Of a stretch of DNA of 33,228 bases, positions 6,328 to 15,571 are shown in pieces (position 1 is the first letter of the stretch; each line of letters opens with the position of its first letter). The translations under genes were made by a program, and so were the position numbers. Source of the DNA: a virus (lineage: Duplodnaviria > Caudoviricetes); the IMG/VR virus record IMGVR_UViG_3300003375_000084, positions 1 to 33,228 of that record, one strand, 5' to 3'. The notes beneath the pieces are model-generated. The model had not been told where the DNA came from. It was given only the letters and a program-made list of their open reading frames with translations, and did not search any database.

Positions 6328-9159
6328 ATGACGATTGACCTTTTAGATACAGTGCTTCCCCAAGAGGGATGGTTTGCTGTACTTGGCATTAAAGGTAAAT
6401 ACGTAAAACAAAAGCTAGTACAGACACGTGAAGAAGTAAATAAAATATCAGAAAAGTTTGTTGCAGAAGGGCGAGATGTATATTTTGGTGTTGCCAAATA
6501 TGAAACAGGTGACAGCAGAGAACAAGAAAACGTAAGAGCATTAAAAGCTTTTTGGCTAGATATTGACTGCGGCCCTACCAAAGCAGAGGTAAACGAAAAA
6601 ACTGGAAGACCCGATGGCTACATTGACCAAGCTACGGGTATGCAAAAGCTTCTAGAGTTTATGGAGTTAGTTGGTTTACCACCAGCTACTATTGTTAACT
6701 CAGGTAGGGGGTTGCATGTATATTGGCCACTCACTGAGGAAGTTACCCCAGACCTTTGGATTCCAGTTGCTAAGCGTTTTAAAGATTTATGCCTTAAACA
6801 AAACTTTTATGTAGACCCAGCCGTGTTTGAGACCGCTAGAGTTTTGCGGATACCTGGAACATTTAACTTTAAACAAGACCCACCACTTGAAGTTAAAGTA
6901 ATAACGGAAAGCGAACCAGTAACTTATGATAGTTTCAAAGAGTTATTTGGGGTACCCGATATAGTACCCATAGAGTTTGCACCTAGTAAAGGCGAACTTA
7001 ATGAGTTTACTAAGTCTTTATTAGGTAACAAGATTCAACGTTTTAAAAATATTATGATTCGTGGTGAGAATGGTTGTCAGCAGCTTAATTATGCTTATGA
7101 AAACCAAGACTCAATCAGCGAACCTTTATGGTGGTCTGCACTAACCGTAGCTAATGTGTGCGTAGATAGGCAAGTTGCTATTCACATGATGTCTAGTAAC
7201 CACCCTGACTATGATGCAAGGGCTACTGAGGCTAAAGCTTCCCAGCAAAAAGAAGGTAAGGGCGGCCCTCATACCTGTGCAACTTTTGAAAAACATAACC
7301 CAGGTGGTTGTGATGGCTGCAAATGGAAAGGCAAAATCACCGGACCGATTGCACTTAGTTCTGAAATTAACGAAGCCAAGTACGAAGATAACAAGGTGGA
7401 AATTAAAGAGGGTGTAGTAGAAGTTATCCCAGAATATCCAAAACCTTATTTACGTGGAATTAATGGCGGGATTTATGTCTCCCCATCTGGGGATGAAGTA
7501 GAACCTACTTGTGTATATGAACACGACTTATATGTTTTAAAGCTGATGATGGACCCATCTGCTGGAATGTGCGCATTGATGAAGTTAATCCTGCCGCATG
7601 ATGGCATGAAAGAGTTTGTTGTGCCTTTAGAAACTATATCGGTACCAGAGGAATTAAAAAGAGAACTAGCAACAAAAGGGGTTGCATGTACACCAACGCA
7701 GATGAAGCATCTAGCCGCTTTCATTATGTCGTTTGTTAAAAATTTGCAATACAAAAGGAAATCAGAAATTATGAGAACACAGTTTGGTTGGGCTGATAAG
7801 GACAGTAAGTTCATTATCGGCGATAGGGAAATTAGTAAAGACGGAACGTATGGTAGCCCAGCATCTGTAGATACCAAAGCTATTGCACAGCATATGGTTC
7901 CGCACGGTACGTATGAGGAATGGCGTGAGGTATTTACTATGTATTCCTTGCCAGGATTAGAACCTCATGCGTTTGCTGCCCTTACTGCCTTTGGCGCACC
8001 CCTATTTAAGTTTACTGGGCTTAAAGGGGCAATCATTAACGTCATCTATAAGTTTGGCGGTACAGGCAAGTCTACAACGTTGTTTATGTGCAACAGTGTG
8101 TATGGACATCCCGAGTCTTTATCATCGGTCTGGAAGGACACAAATAACGCCAAGATGCAACGTTTGGGTGTAATGAATAACCTACCCTATACCATTGACG
8201 AAATCACCAATATAACCCCCGCAGACTTCTCAGATTTGGCTTATGGTATGTCGCAAGGCAGGGCCAAAGACCGCATGAAGGGGGCAACCAATGAGTTGCG
8301 CGAAAACAACACTACTTGGCAGACGATGTCCCTAGCCAGCGCTAATGCTTCGTTCTACGAAAAGCTAGGTTCTGCTAAGGCCGGTGCCAATGCCGAGATG
8401 TTACGCCTATTTGAGTACACCATACCTCCCAGTAATGTTATTTCCACAGAAGACGGCAAGCGTTTATTTGACCGCCAACTTAAGGAAAACTATGGTCATG
8501 CAGGGGATATATACATTAAATGGCTTGTTGGCAATTTAGAAGAAGCCGTACAAGGTATGCTTGATATTCAACGTAAGATTGATGCAGATTTAAGGTTAAC
8601 CCCGCCAGAGCGTTTCTGGTCTGCCGTAGCCGCATGTAATTTAGCTGGTGGTTTATTTGCAAAGCGCCTAGGACTACATGACTACAACATGGGTGAAATT
8701 TTTAAATGGACCTGCAAAACTATTCAAGGGATGCGTGAAGAGATTAAACCCCCTACAGAAACCGCAGTATCTGTAGTTGGAGACTATATTAACCGCCACA
8801 TGCAGAATATTCTGGTAGTAAAAGCCGATGTGGATAAGCGCACCGCAGCACACTCTTTACCAACTTTAGAACCTAAAGGTGAGCTGCTTATTCGTTATGA
8901 ACCCGATACAAAGTTAATGTATTTGGTAACTCGTGAGTTTAAACATGATTGTGTGGAGCGCCAGACCAACTACAAAGATACTTTAAAAGAACTGGAGATA
9001 AAGGGGTTTTTTAAAGGACCTAACAATAAACGTATGTCTAAAGGGATGAAGATTACTTCTCCTGCAGTAGCATCATTGGTATTTGACTGCTCTACGGGTT
9101 TATTAGATATGGATGGATTAATTGCACCGGAGATTCAGAATGCTGATAGGGAAGCTTAG
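6328..9159 (+). CDS. Primase-helicase fusion (AEP/RepB-like primase, Cys-rich linker, DUF927/Cch-like P-loop helicase)
   Basis: FWLDIDCG (DxD), SGRGLHVYW and RVLRIPGTFN primase motifs; PHTC..GCDGC Cys cluster; QFGW; Walker A GGTGKST; Walker B YTIDE; ENYGHAG. Confidence 0.88.
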   Translation: MTIDLLDTVLPQEGWFAVLGIKGKYVKQKLVQTREEVNKISEKFVAEGRDVYFGVAKYETGDSREQENVRALKAFWLDIDCGPTKAEVNEKTGRPDGYIDQATGMQKLLEFMELVGLPPATIVNSGRGLHVYWPLTEEVTPDLWIPVAKRFKDLCLKQNFYVDPAVFETARVLRIPGTFNFKQDPPLEVKVITESEPVTYDSFKELFGVPDIVPIEFAPSKGELNEFTKSLLGNKIQRFKNIMIRGENGCQQLNYAYENQDSISEPLWWSALTVANVCVDRQVAIHMMSSNHPDYDARATEAKASQQKEGKGGPHTCATFEKHNPGGCDGCKWKGKITGPIALSSEINEAKYEDNKVEIKEGVVEVIPEYPKPYLRGINGGIYVSPSGDEVEPTCVYEHDLYVLKLMMDPSAGMCALMKLILPHDGMKEFVVPLETISVPEELKRELATKGVACTPTQMKHLAAFIMSFVKNLQYKRKSEIMRTQFGWADKDSKFIIGDREISKDGTYGSPASVDTKAIAQHMVPHGTYEEWREVFTMYSLPGLEPHAFAALTAFGAPLFKFTGLKGAIINVIYKFGGTGKSTTLFMCNSVYGHPESLSSVWKDTNNAKMQRLGVMNNLPYTIDEITNITPADFSDLAYGMSQGRAKDRMKGATNELRENNTTWQTMSLASANASFYEKLGSAKAGANAEMLRLFEYTIPPSNVISTEDGKRLFDRQLKENYGHAGDIYIKWLVGNLEEAVQGMLDIQRKIDADLRLTPPERFWSAVAACNLAGGLFAKRLGLHDYNMGEIFKWTCKTIQGMREEIKPPTETAVSVVGDYINRHMQNILVVKADVDKRTAAHSLPTLEPKGELLIRYEPDTKLMYLVTREFKHDCVERQTNYKDTLKELEIKGFFKGPNNKRMSKGMKITSPAVASLVFDCSTGLLDMDGLIAPEIQNADREA

Positions 9160-9334
9160 TTATAACATTAACTGGCAAAATTTTAAACCGGGGATGTCGT
9201 TCTTTGTCCCTTGTTTAAATTGTATGCAAGCTAAGCAGGATATAGCTCGTACTGCTAAAAGGCTAAAGATGCATATTTTGATGAAAGTTAGCATCGAAAA
9301 CGACATCAGGGGTATTCGTGTCTGGAGAGTTTAG
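9140..9334 (+). CDS. Small phage protein following the primase
   Basis: ATG at 9140 after GGAG. FKPGMSFFVP...GIRVWRV pattern. Confidence 0.75.
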   Translation: MLIGKLSYNINWQNFKPGMSFFVPCLNCMQAKQDIARTAKRLKMHILMKVSIENDIRGIRVWRV

Positions 9335-9345
9335 GGTATACTCTA

Positions 9346-9423
9346 GGGGCAGACCACGTCTGCTTTTCCTTGGAAGAAGCTCCTTCCTACCCTCTTTATC
9401 CCCGCCTAGTGCGGGGATTTTTT
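9346..9423 (+). ncRNA. Candidate ~75-nt structured small RNA
   Basis: TATACT -10 box at 9337-9342, hairpin GCAGAC-CAC-GTCTGC (9349-9363), hairpin GGAAG-AAGCTC-CTTCC (9372-9387), then an intrinsic terminator. Confidence 0.45.
9398..9423 (+). terminator. Rho-independent terminator at the junction of the two arms
   Basis: ATCCCCGC-CTAGT-GCGGGGAT perfect 8-bp stem followed by a T run. Confidence 0.9.
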
Positions 9424-12400
9424 ACTTTTTAGGTACTGGGGCAGCTTGCTTTAGTGTCGGAATAAAGTAAGGCATTAAATCTTCAGATGGAATTCGTACA
9501 CCTTTATACGTCATAGCACGTTTATCTAAAGCAGAATCTAAGACATTGCTTAGAGTATCGGCAGTAATAAGAAGTTTATCCATACCAGGATATTTATTAT
9601 TAAACTGTCGCACTTGGTTAATGACAGGTTGTAAATCCTTTTTACTACCATCAAAGTTTTTATTTAATATAGCGTCGTCTAAACGTTGTAAGATTTTAGT
9701 TCTATCTTGCTCTGCTTTAATATATTCGCCTTTAAGTTCGTATCCTACTTCTTGCAAACGTGCTACTTTAGTTGGGGCAAGACCAGTTGCTTGAGCCATT
9801 ACATTGGCTGCAGTTATATCTTCTGGTTTAACAATCATATCCCCAGCTTTAGTTTTGGCGCCTTCCATACCTAGACGGGTGGCAGCTAGTTGATTTTTAA
9901 AGAAAGCGGGTAGTAACTTTTCTAGGCCTCGTTCTATATGTCCGTTTTCAAATTCATCTAATGCACCAATTTGCCCAGCAATAGTAGAAATACCAGGACC
10001 TAAATTAGATAGTAAAAAGTTTTGAAACCAACCCTGGTCTGTTTTAGAAGGAGTTGGGTTACGGAACCATAAATTATCAAAAGATGTACGTGAACCTACA
10101 TTCATATCAGTTAGTTCTGATATCGGGCCGTGGAGTATAACATCACTTAATCTATGCGGACCACCGGCACCGGGTATGTATATCTCACCAAAATAATCAT
10201 TTAAAAATTGACGGAAACGTAAATCTGCATTTGCATAGACTAGAGGATTTTTAGCACGACGTTTGCGTTTTTCTTCGTCATCATTATCTGGATTATCCAA
10301 AGCTTCGACTATTGCTCCTACCACACTATATAATGGCATACCTTTGAGACCGTGGAACATAGCACCCATCATCAAAGTACCGGTAAGGATTGCACCACAT
10401 TTAGCTGCTTCTTTAGGGTCACTAATTGCTTTAGCAATCATATTGTATCCATGACGGATAAAGAAGCTAGACATAGTCATAGCGTACATCTTAAATTGAA
10501 AAATGACAGGTAAATATTTAAAGAGTTCTGGGCGTTCCATTGCATCATATCGACCCATATTATCTTGAACCATAGCAACAGCTGCATCAATAGCTTTATC
10601 AAAATCCTTGGTCTTATCATAAGCCAATTCAAAAGTCATCATTGAAGCTTGTTCTCTACTTAGACGTTCAGCCCCACTAAATAAACCCGACATAATATTG
10701 GCAGTAATACGCAATGCTTTTTTAGGAATACCAGTATAAGAGTTCATGGGTGTACGCCCACGCTGAGAAAGTAAGTTGCTTTCAGTAAAGGTAAATATCC
10801 CACGCTCTCTAAGTTCGTTAAAAGCTTTTCTTAAAGTTGGATTATTTCTAATCCGTGCAGAACCACCAAGAGATACATTAACGCTAGGTATATTATCGTG
10901 AGTCATTTTAGCATCAACTTTAAGGGTTTCCCAAAGTTTAGAATAGGCTGCAAGTTTTGCAGCGCTTGCACCAACCCCATAATCAACAGCAAGTGTAGGC
11001 ATCACCATAACGGGTATGGCAGTCATTTGAACTACTGCAGAAGCTACGCCAGTAAGGAGCATATAGTATGCATAACGAGTAACTGCAGAACTAATTGCAT
11101 TAGGCGTGTTAGGGTTAACTACTTCTCCAGCTCTACGCTCAATAGCGTCAATAAACAAACCTAATTTTGCTTGGTCTGGGTTACCTGCGAGACTATCTCT
11201 AGCTGCGGATACGGCTGTGCTTATCTGGTCCGCATATTTTAGTTTAGGCGCTTGACTAGCCATGCGATACGCAGACTCGGTGAAGTTGCGGAATATGTCG
11301 GCACTAAAACCAGTTACATTTTCTGCGTGCATAAACTGTTTGCGAATGCTTCTTTCTGGCATAGTCATAAGCCAGGTTTGATAAAGGTCATCTTTTAGAC
11401 TTTCTTTATCGGTAAAATCTGCTTTATCAATAATTTCAAACATATTTTTAAGCAGTTTACTTTCACCCATAGTTGCATTACGTAGAGAAGTAATATCATT
11501 ACCTTCGCTAAATATTTGGCGTTCTAATAGGTCTTCTACAGTAGTGCCTAATTTTCTTGCACGTTTGAGTTTATATTGTTCTCTTTCCGCTACAGTATCA
11601 AATAAATGGAAAGCTATATCTTTACCAGTTTCACGTAACCATACAGCACCGTGCCGCATGAATGGGAAGTACTCAGTAATGTTATCCTTCTCCTGCATCT
11701 TACGAATTTCAGCCATTAGTTGGCCTTTAGGAGTACTTTCATCGCTAGCATCGCCAGGTAATTCTTTTAAACGCTCAATGCGTTCGTCAAGAAGATTACG
11801 GGTTAATGTAAAGTTGTCTTTATAAAATTGACGAACCTTTTTATACATCTCTTGGCCGCCTTCAACCTTACCTAACTTTTCCCACGCATCGTAAACAATA
11901 TTAATGCCGTTTGTACGTTTAGTAATTTCAGCTTTTAATGCGGGAATACTAGCCGCATCAGTAGCAGGGTCCTTGATTTTTGTTTCAAGCTCTTTAATAC
12001 GTTTATCGTTTTTAATAGCCTCTACAGCAGTTGCATGTGCATCGGGGGTAACTTCTTTAAGGCGAGCTAAGTGCATAGCATTACCAAGGATACGCATGTT
12101 ATCTTTTTTGTTACTAATAAAACGAGCTAACTCATCCGCTTTTTTAGCATATGCCGCCAACATACTACTACGCATAGCAGACATTTTTTGAGTCATATTA
12201 TCTACAATCTTCATACCAGGGATTTCATCCCCTTTCCAACGAATAAGGTCAGAAGTACGTAGAGTTTTTATTATCTGCGCAACTGAGAATTGGTCCATAC
12301 CCTTATAGTGCGCAGTTAAATAGTCTTTAAAGTCCTCAAAGTTATGACCCTCAGTAACAAGATTGCCTACCCCCTCAGTAACATCCTGGGCTTCATTACT

Positions 12401-15400
12401 GGTATTTATCTTTTGAACATCTTTATCAATTTTAATTTGCTTTGGTTTTTTAGCCCGTGCCAAACTAACACCCTCTTGCACAGGACCTTGCAGTTCATAC
12501 TTCATTAGGCTTTCGGATACAAGAATTAAATCCTGCAATGCAGAAGTGTGGTTTTTATCCATGTTAAATAAATCACGGATAGCATTTACGAAGCCCCTAA
12601 ATAAAGACCGGAATGCACCAGGTTGACCAGCTATTATTTCACCTTTAGACTCTAATAAGAATTGTTGCATAGCATCAGTTGTCATGCCATACGTTACAAA
12701 TTCTTTTAAGTCTTCAAAACCATCAGTGATATCAAATATTTCTTGTACTTCACGACTAATTGGTAAACGTAAAAATAAACGGTCAGCATACTCATTGCGT
12801 GCATTGTCCATAGTCTTATGCAAGGCATCCATAGCAGCTTGTAATTTAACTGGTACGTTTTTACCCTCCATGCTTATGTATTCGTTAATACGTGCATTGA
12901 TTGCAGCATGTAGTGCTTCATGTAAGAAAACAGTATTATTTGTACCTTGGTAATTCATATTACCAAATTGAGCACTACGTAAGAAAATGGTTCTTACTTT
13001 TTGGCCGTTTTCTTTATACGTCGCATACATACCATTAGCGCCGTTGAACTCACTCTTTAAAGTTTTATCTTCTTCACCAGCTATTTTTTTATTAGGTATA
13101 TCATTTTCAGACCGAACAATTACAAGGTTGACCCCTTTGAGGAAGGGCTGTAAACGACGAGCTAAAAACTTTTCAAAAGCTGTACCATTTTCAAGTATAT
13201 GTTTAATAGCTTGCTGAGTAGTTTTAAACCCTTCGTATTTTGGGTTACGCTCAGTATTAGTAGTTTGTTTAGCCTTAGATACTTGAGCCTGGCCTTGCTT
13301 TTTTCTTAACTCAATACGTTGTTGTAGTGCTGTTTGTTCTTGAGGCATAATAGACGGATGTGCCAATGCTTCTTTGGCTTTTCTACCCCCAGCATTATCT
13401 CTTTGTGGACCTTTAGAAATTTCATGCAAAGTATCTATAGCCTGATTACGTCTAGACCTATGTTGCATACTGGCATCAAGATAAGCTGCTTGATTTGGGA
13501 AATTCCCTTGCTCTGGTGCTGGTTGTTCAAGAACCGCTGCAGCTGCATTAACGTCCCTAATAGCATCTTTATTTGTTTTTTGATTTTGTTTAGAAGTTAG
13601 TTGGGCTTGGGCAATTTGTTCTGGGGTTTTTTCTACGGCTTTACGGCCACCACCACGCTTGCCTTTAGTTGCAACTGGTATAGTTACTGCGGGTGTGGGT
13701 TCAGGTGTAATCGTTTCTGTAGGGGCGGCTGTAATTGGTGTAGCTGCAACAGATTTAAAACCAGCTTCATACGCTGCTTTTGCTTTGCCTTTAAACCCTT
13801 CTGCATATTTACTACCATCAAACCCTTGGGCAGCATCATAAGCGCCCATTGAATAAGCGTCTACTTGTTTTTGTACGGCTGGAGCAGGGGTACTATAAGT
13901 AAAAGTACCGTCTGGGTTTTGTGTTTTAGGAACACCGTATAAATCAAAAGCTTTTGTATTGGCTTGATTTCTTATTTGTATTGGTGTTAATGCACTTGGT
14001 TGAGCCGCTTGCACAGCCTCTGTTCGTACTCCAGGGACTCCAGTAGCCCCGACAACATTTGCCAATCCTGCAGGTTGAGGTGCCGCAGGGTTTCCGGTAA
14101 GCTCAGGTCCATTTTGAGACATAGAAATGCTTGGCTGATTTGTTCCGGGGACAACTCCAGTACTCTGCTCTGTTCCATGTTGTATTTCCTCTAATACTAA
14201 TTTACGGGCGTCCTCTAATGGTACACCAAGTTCAGCCGCTTTAGTCTCTACTTGTTTTTCTATTTCTGGGTTAGCTTCAGAAGTAGGTTGGATAGGCGCA
14301 GCAGCTTTAGCTTCCGCTTGTTTTTCCGCAGTATCTAGTGGTACTGGTGCAATAGGTGTACCCGCTGCACTAATAATAGGTGGCGTAGCAGCAGGTGCAG
14401 CTTGCTGTTCTTGTGGTGGAAGTGGTACACTAGGTTGTGGTTGTTGGTTATTTTGTGGTTGTTGATTAGCTTGTGCAAGTTCTTGTTGTTTAGTTTTAAA
14501 TGTACCAACAGCTTCTACTGGAGCACCAGCAATTTCACCAATACCTTCTTCAATAACAGACAGTGGGTCAACTTGTTGATTAGAGGCAATAGAACCTAAT
14601 GCTTCACCACCCATACCATACAATGCTTGAATACTAACTTCTTTACCTGTATCTTTAAGAGCGGCTTTTAATGCACCTTTTTCAAGGTCTTTCATAAGCG
14701 AACTAGCAGCGTGGCCAGCTTGCCCTGCAGAAGCTGCATCAAATAGACCAATTACACCTGATTTAACAGAAGCTTTTTCCCAAGCCTCTTGGTGTGGCAT
14801 ACCTTGTGAACGAAGGTCAGCATATTCACTACCAAATTCCATAAATGCAGACGAAGCACCTACAGCACCGGAGGCCACGGTAGGGTTAAATCCACCAAAT
14901 CTAGCAGCTAAAGCAGTAGCACCCATAGCTAAAGAAGTCGGTAAAGATTCTAAAGCTACGTTTCCTATCCACCCTGGAATATGTTCTGCATTACTTGCAA
15001 TTTCATGACCCGTAGCCTGGAGTTTATCCATGAAATCTGCATTGTTATATGTGTCTGACTGTCTTAAAGTAGTAAGCTTTGCGACTAATGGGTTGACACC
15101 ATACTCTTTTTCTATTGCTTTTTTCTCAACGCCCTGGTCCGCTATCGTTTGCATCTTGTCAACAATAGCTTTATCACGAGCAGTAATTTTATCTAATTCA
15201 CTAGCGGGTGCTTTTTCATAGTATTCACCGTACTTCTCTTTATCTGCCGCTTGTAGCTCCATTAAGCTAGCAATTTGATTTTGCACTAGTGCGGACTTAA
15301 GATTTACAAAACCTTTTTTGGCCGAGCCAATAGTTTCTTGGCTGGGGGTAACTAAGTCTGCAATAGTATCTATTACGCCTGGAGCTTTATTGGGTGCGCC

Positions 15401-15562
15401 CGATACCGTTACTGAACCTTGAGGTTCTTGCCCCTGTTCAGATACTTCTCCTGTATAAGGAGCATATGCCTGTTGTTTAGGGGCTTCTATTTCTCCTGTA
15501 TAAGGAGCATATGCCTCTGCTTTAGGCGCTTCTATTTCACCAGTATATTTTTCAAAAGCCAC
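9422..15562 (-). CDS. Giant (2046 aa) internal virion/DNA ejection protein with a zincin-like HExxH domain
   Basis: Last and largest late-arm gene, as with T7 gp16 or P22 gp16. Hydrophobic Gly/Ala helices, a Pro/Ala/Gln linker, and FLHEALHAA with downstream EFVTYG. GTG start after AAGGA. Confidence 0.75.
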   Translation of the reverse strand: MAFEKYTGEIEAPKAEAYAPYTGEIEAPKQQAYAPYTGEVSEQGQEPQGSVTVSGAPNKAPGVIDTIADLVTPSQETIGSAKKGFVNLKSALVQNQIASLMELQAADKEKYGEYYEKAPASELDKITARDKAIVDKMQTIADQGVEKKAIEKEYGVNPLVAKLTTLRQSDTYNNADFMDKLQATGHEIASNAEHIPGWIGNVALESLPTSLAMGATALAARFGGFNPTVASGAVGASSAFMEFGSEYADLRSQGMPHQEAWEKASVKSGVIGLFDAASAGQAGHAASSLMKDLEKGALKAALKDTGKEVSIQALYGMGGEALGSIASNQQVDPLSVIEEGIGEIAGAPVEAVGTFKTKQQELAQANQQPQNNQQPQPSVPLPPQEQQAAPAATPPIISAAGTPIAPVPLDTAEKQAEAKAAAPIQPTSEANPEIEKQVETKAAELGVPLEDARKLVLEEIQHGTEQSTGVVPGTNQPSISMSQNGPELTGNPAAPQPAGLANVVGATGVPGVRTEAVQAAQPSALTPIQIRNQANTKAFDLYGVPKTQNPDGTFTYSTPAPAVQKQVDAYSMGAYDAAQGFDGSKYAEGFKGKAKAAYEAGFKSVAATPITAAPTETITPEPTPAVTIPVATKGKRGGGRKAVEKTPEQIAQAQLTSKQNQKTNKDAIRDVNAAAAVLEQPAPEQGNFPNQAAYLDASMQHRSRRNQAIDTLHEISKGPQRDNAGGRKAKEALAHPSIMPQEQTALQQRIELRKKQGQAQVSKAKQTTNTERNPKYEGFKTTQQAIKHILENGTAFEKFLARRLQPFLKGVNLVIVRSENDIPNKKIAGEEDKTLKSEFNGANGMYATYKENGQKVRTIFLRSAQFGNMNYQGTNNTVFLHEALHAAINARINEYISMEGKNVPVKLQAAMDALHKTMDNARNEYADRLFLRLPISREVQEIFDITDGFEDLKEFVTYGMTTDAMQQFLLESKGEIIAGQPGAFRSLFRGFVNAIRDLFNMDKNHTSALQDLILVSESLMKYELQGPVQEGVSLARAKKPKQIKIDKDVQKINTSNEAQDVTEGVGNLVTEGHNFEDFKDYLTAHYKGMDQFSVAQIIKTLRTSDLIRWKGDEIPGMKIVDNMTQKMSAMRSSMLAAYAKKADELARFISNKKDNMRILGNAMHLARLKEVTPDAHATAVEAIKNDKRIKELETKIKDPATDAASIPALKAEITKRTNGINIVYDAWEKLGKVEGGQEMYKKVRQFYKDNFTLTRNLLDERIERLKELPGDASDESTPKGQLMAEIRKMQEKDNITEYFPFMRHGAVWLRETGKDIAFHLFDTVAEREQYKLKRARKLGTTVEDLLERQIFSEGNDITSLRNATMGESKLLKNMFEIIDKADFTDKESLKDDLYQTWLMTMPERSIRKQFMHAENVTGFSADIFRNFTESAYRMASQAPKLKYADQISTAVSAARDSLAGNPDQAKLGLFIDAIERRAGEVVNPNTPNAISSAVTRYAYYMLLTGVASAVVQMTAIPVMVMPTLAVDYGVGASAAKLAAYSKLWETLKVDAKMTHDNIPSVNVSLGGSARIRNNPTLRKAFNELRERGIFTFTESNLLSQRGRTPMNSYTGIPKKALRITANIMSGLFSGAERLSREQASMMTFELAYDKTKDFDKAIDAAVAMVQDNMGRYDAMERPELFKYLPVIFQFKMYAMTMSSFFIRHGYNMIAKAISDPKEAAKCGAILTGTLMMGAMFHGLKGMPLYSVVGAIVEALDNPDNDDEEKRKRRAKNPLVYANADLRFRQFLNDYFGEIYIPGAGGPHRLSDVILHGPISELTDMNVGSRTSFDNLWFRNPTPSKTDQGWFQNFLLSNLGPGISTIAGQIGALDEFENGHIERGLEKLLPAFFKNQLAATRLGMEGAKTKAGDMIVKPEDITAANVMAQATGLAPTKVARLQEVGYELKGEYIKAEQDRTKILQRLDDAILNKNFDGSKKDLQPVINQVRQFNNKYPGMDKLLITADTLSNVLDSALDKRAMTYKGVRIPSEDLMPYFIPTLKQAAPVPKK
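15446..15547 (-). repeat. 45-bp tandem repeat (~2.3 copies) encoding YTGEIEAPKxxAYAP
   Basis: ttctcctgtataaggagcatatgcc occurs at 15446 and 15491; partial degenerate copy at 15536. Confidence 0.9.
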
Positions 15563-15571
15563 AGTAAGTCC

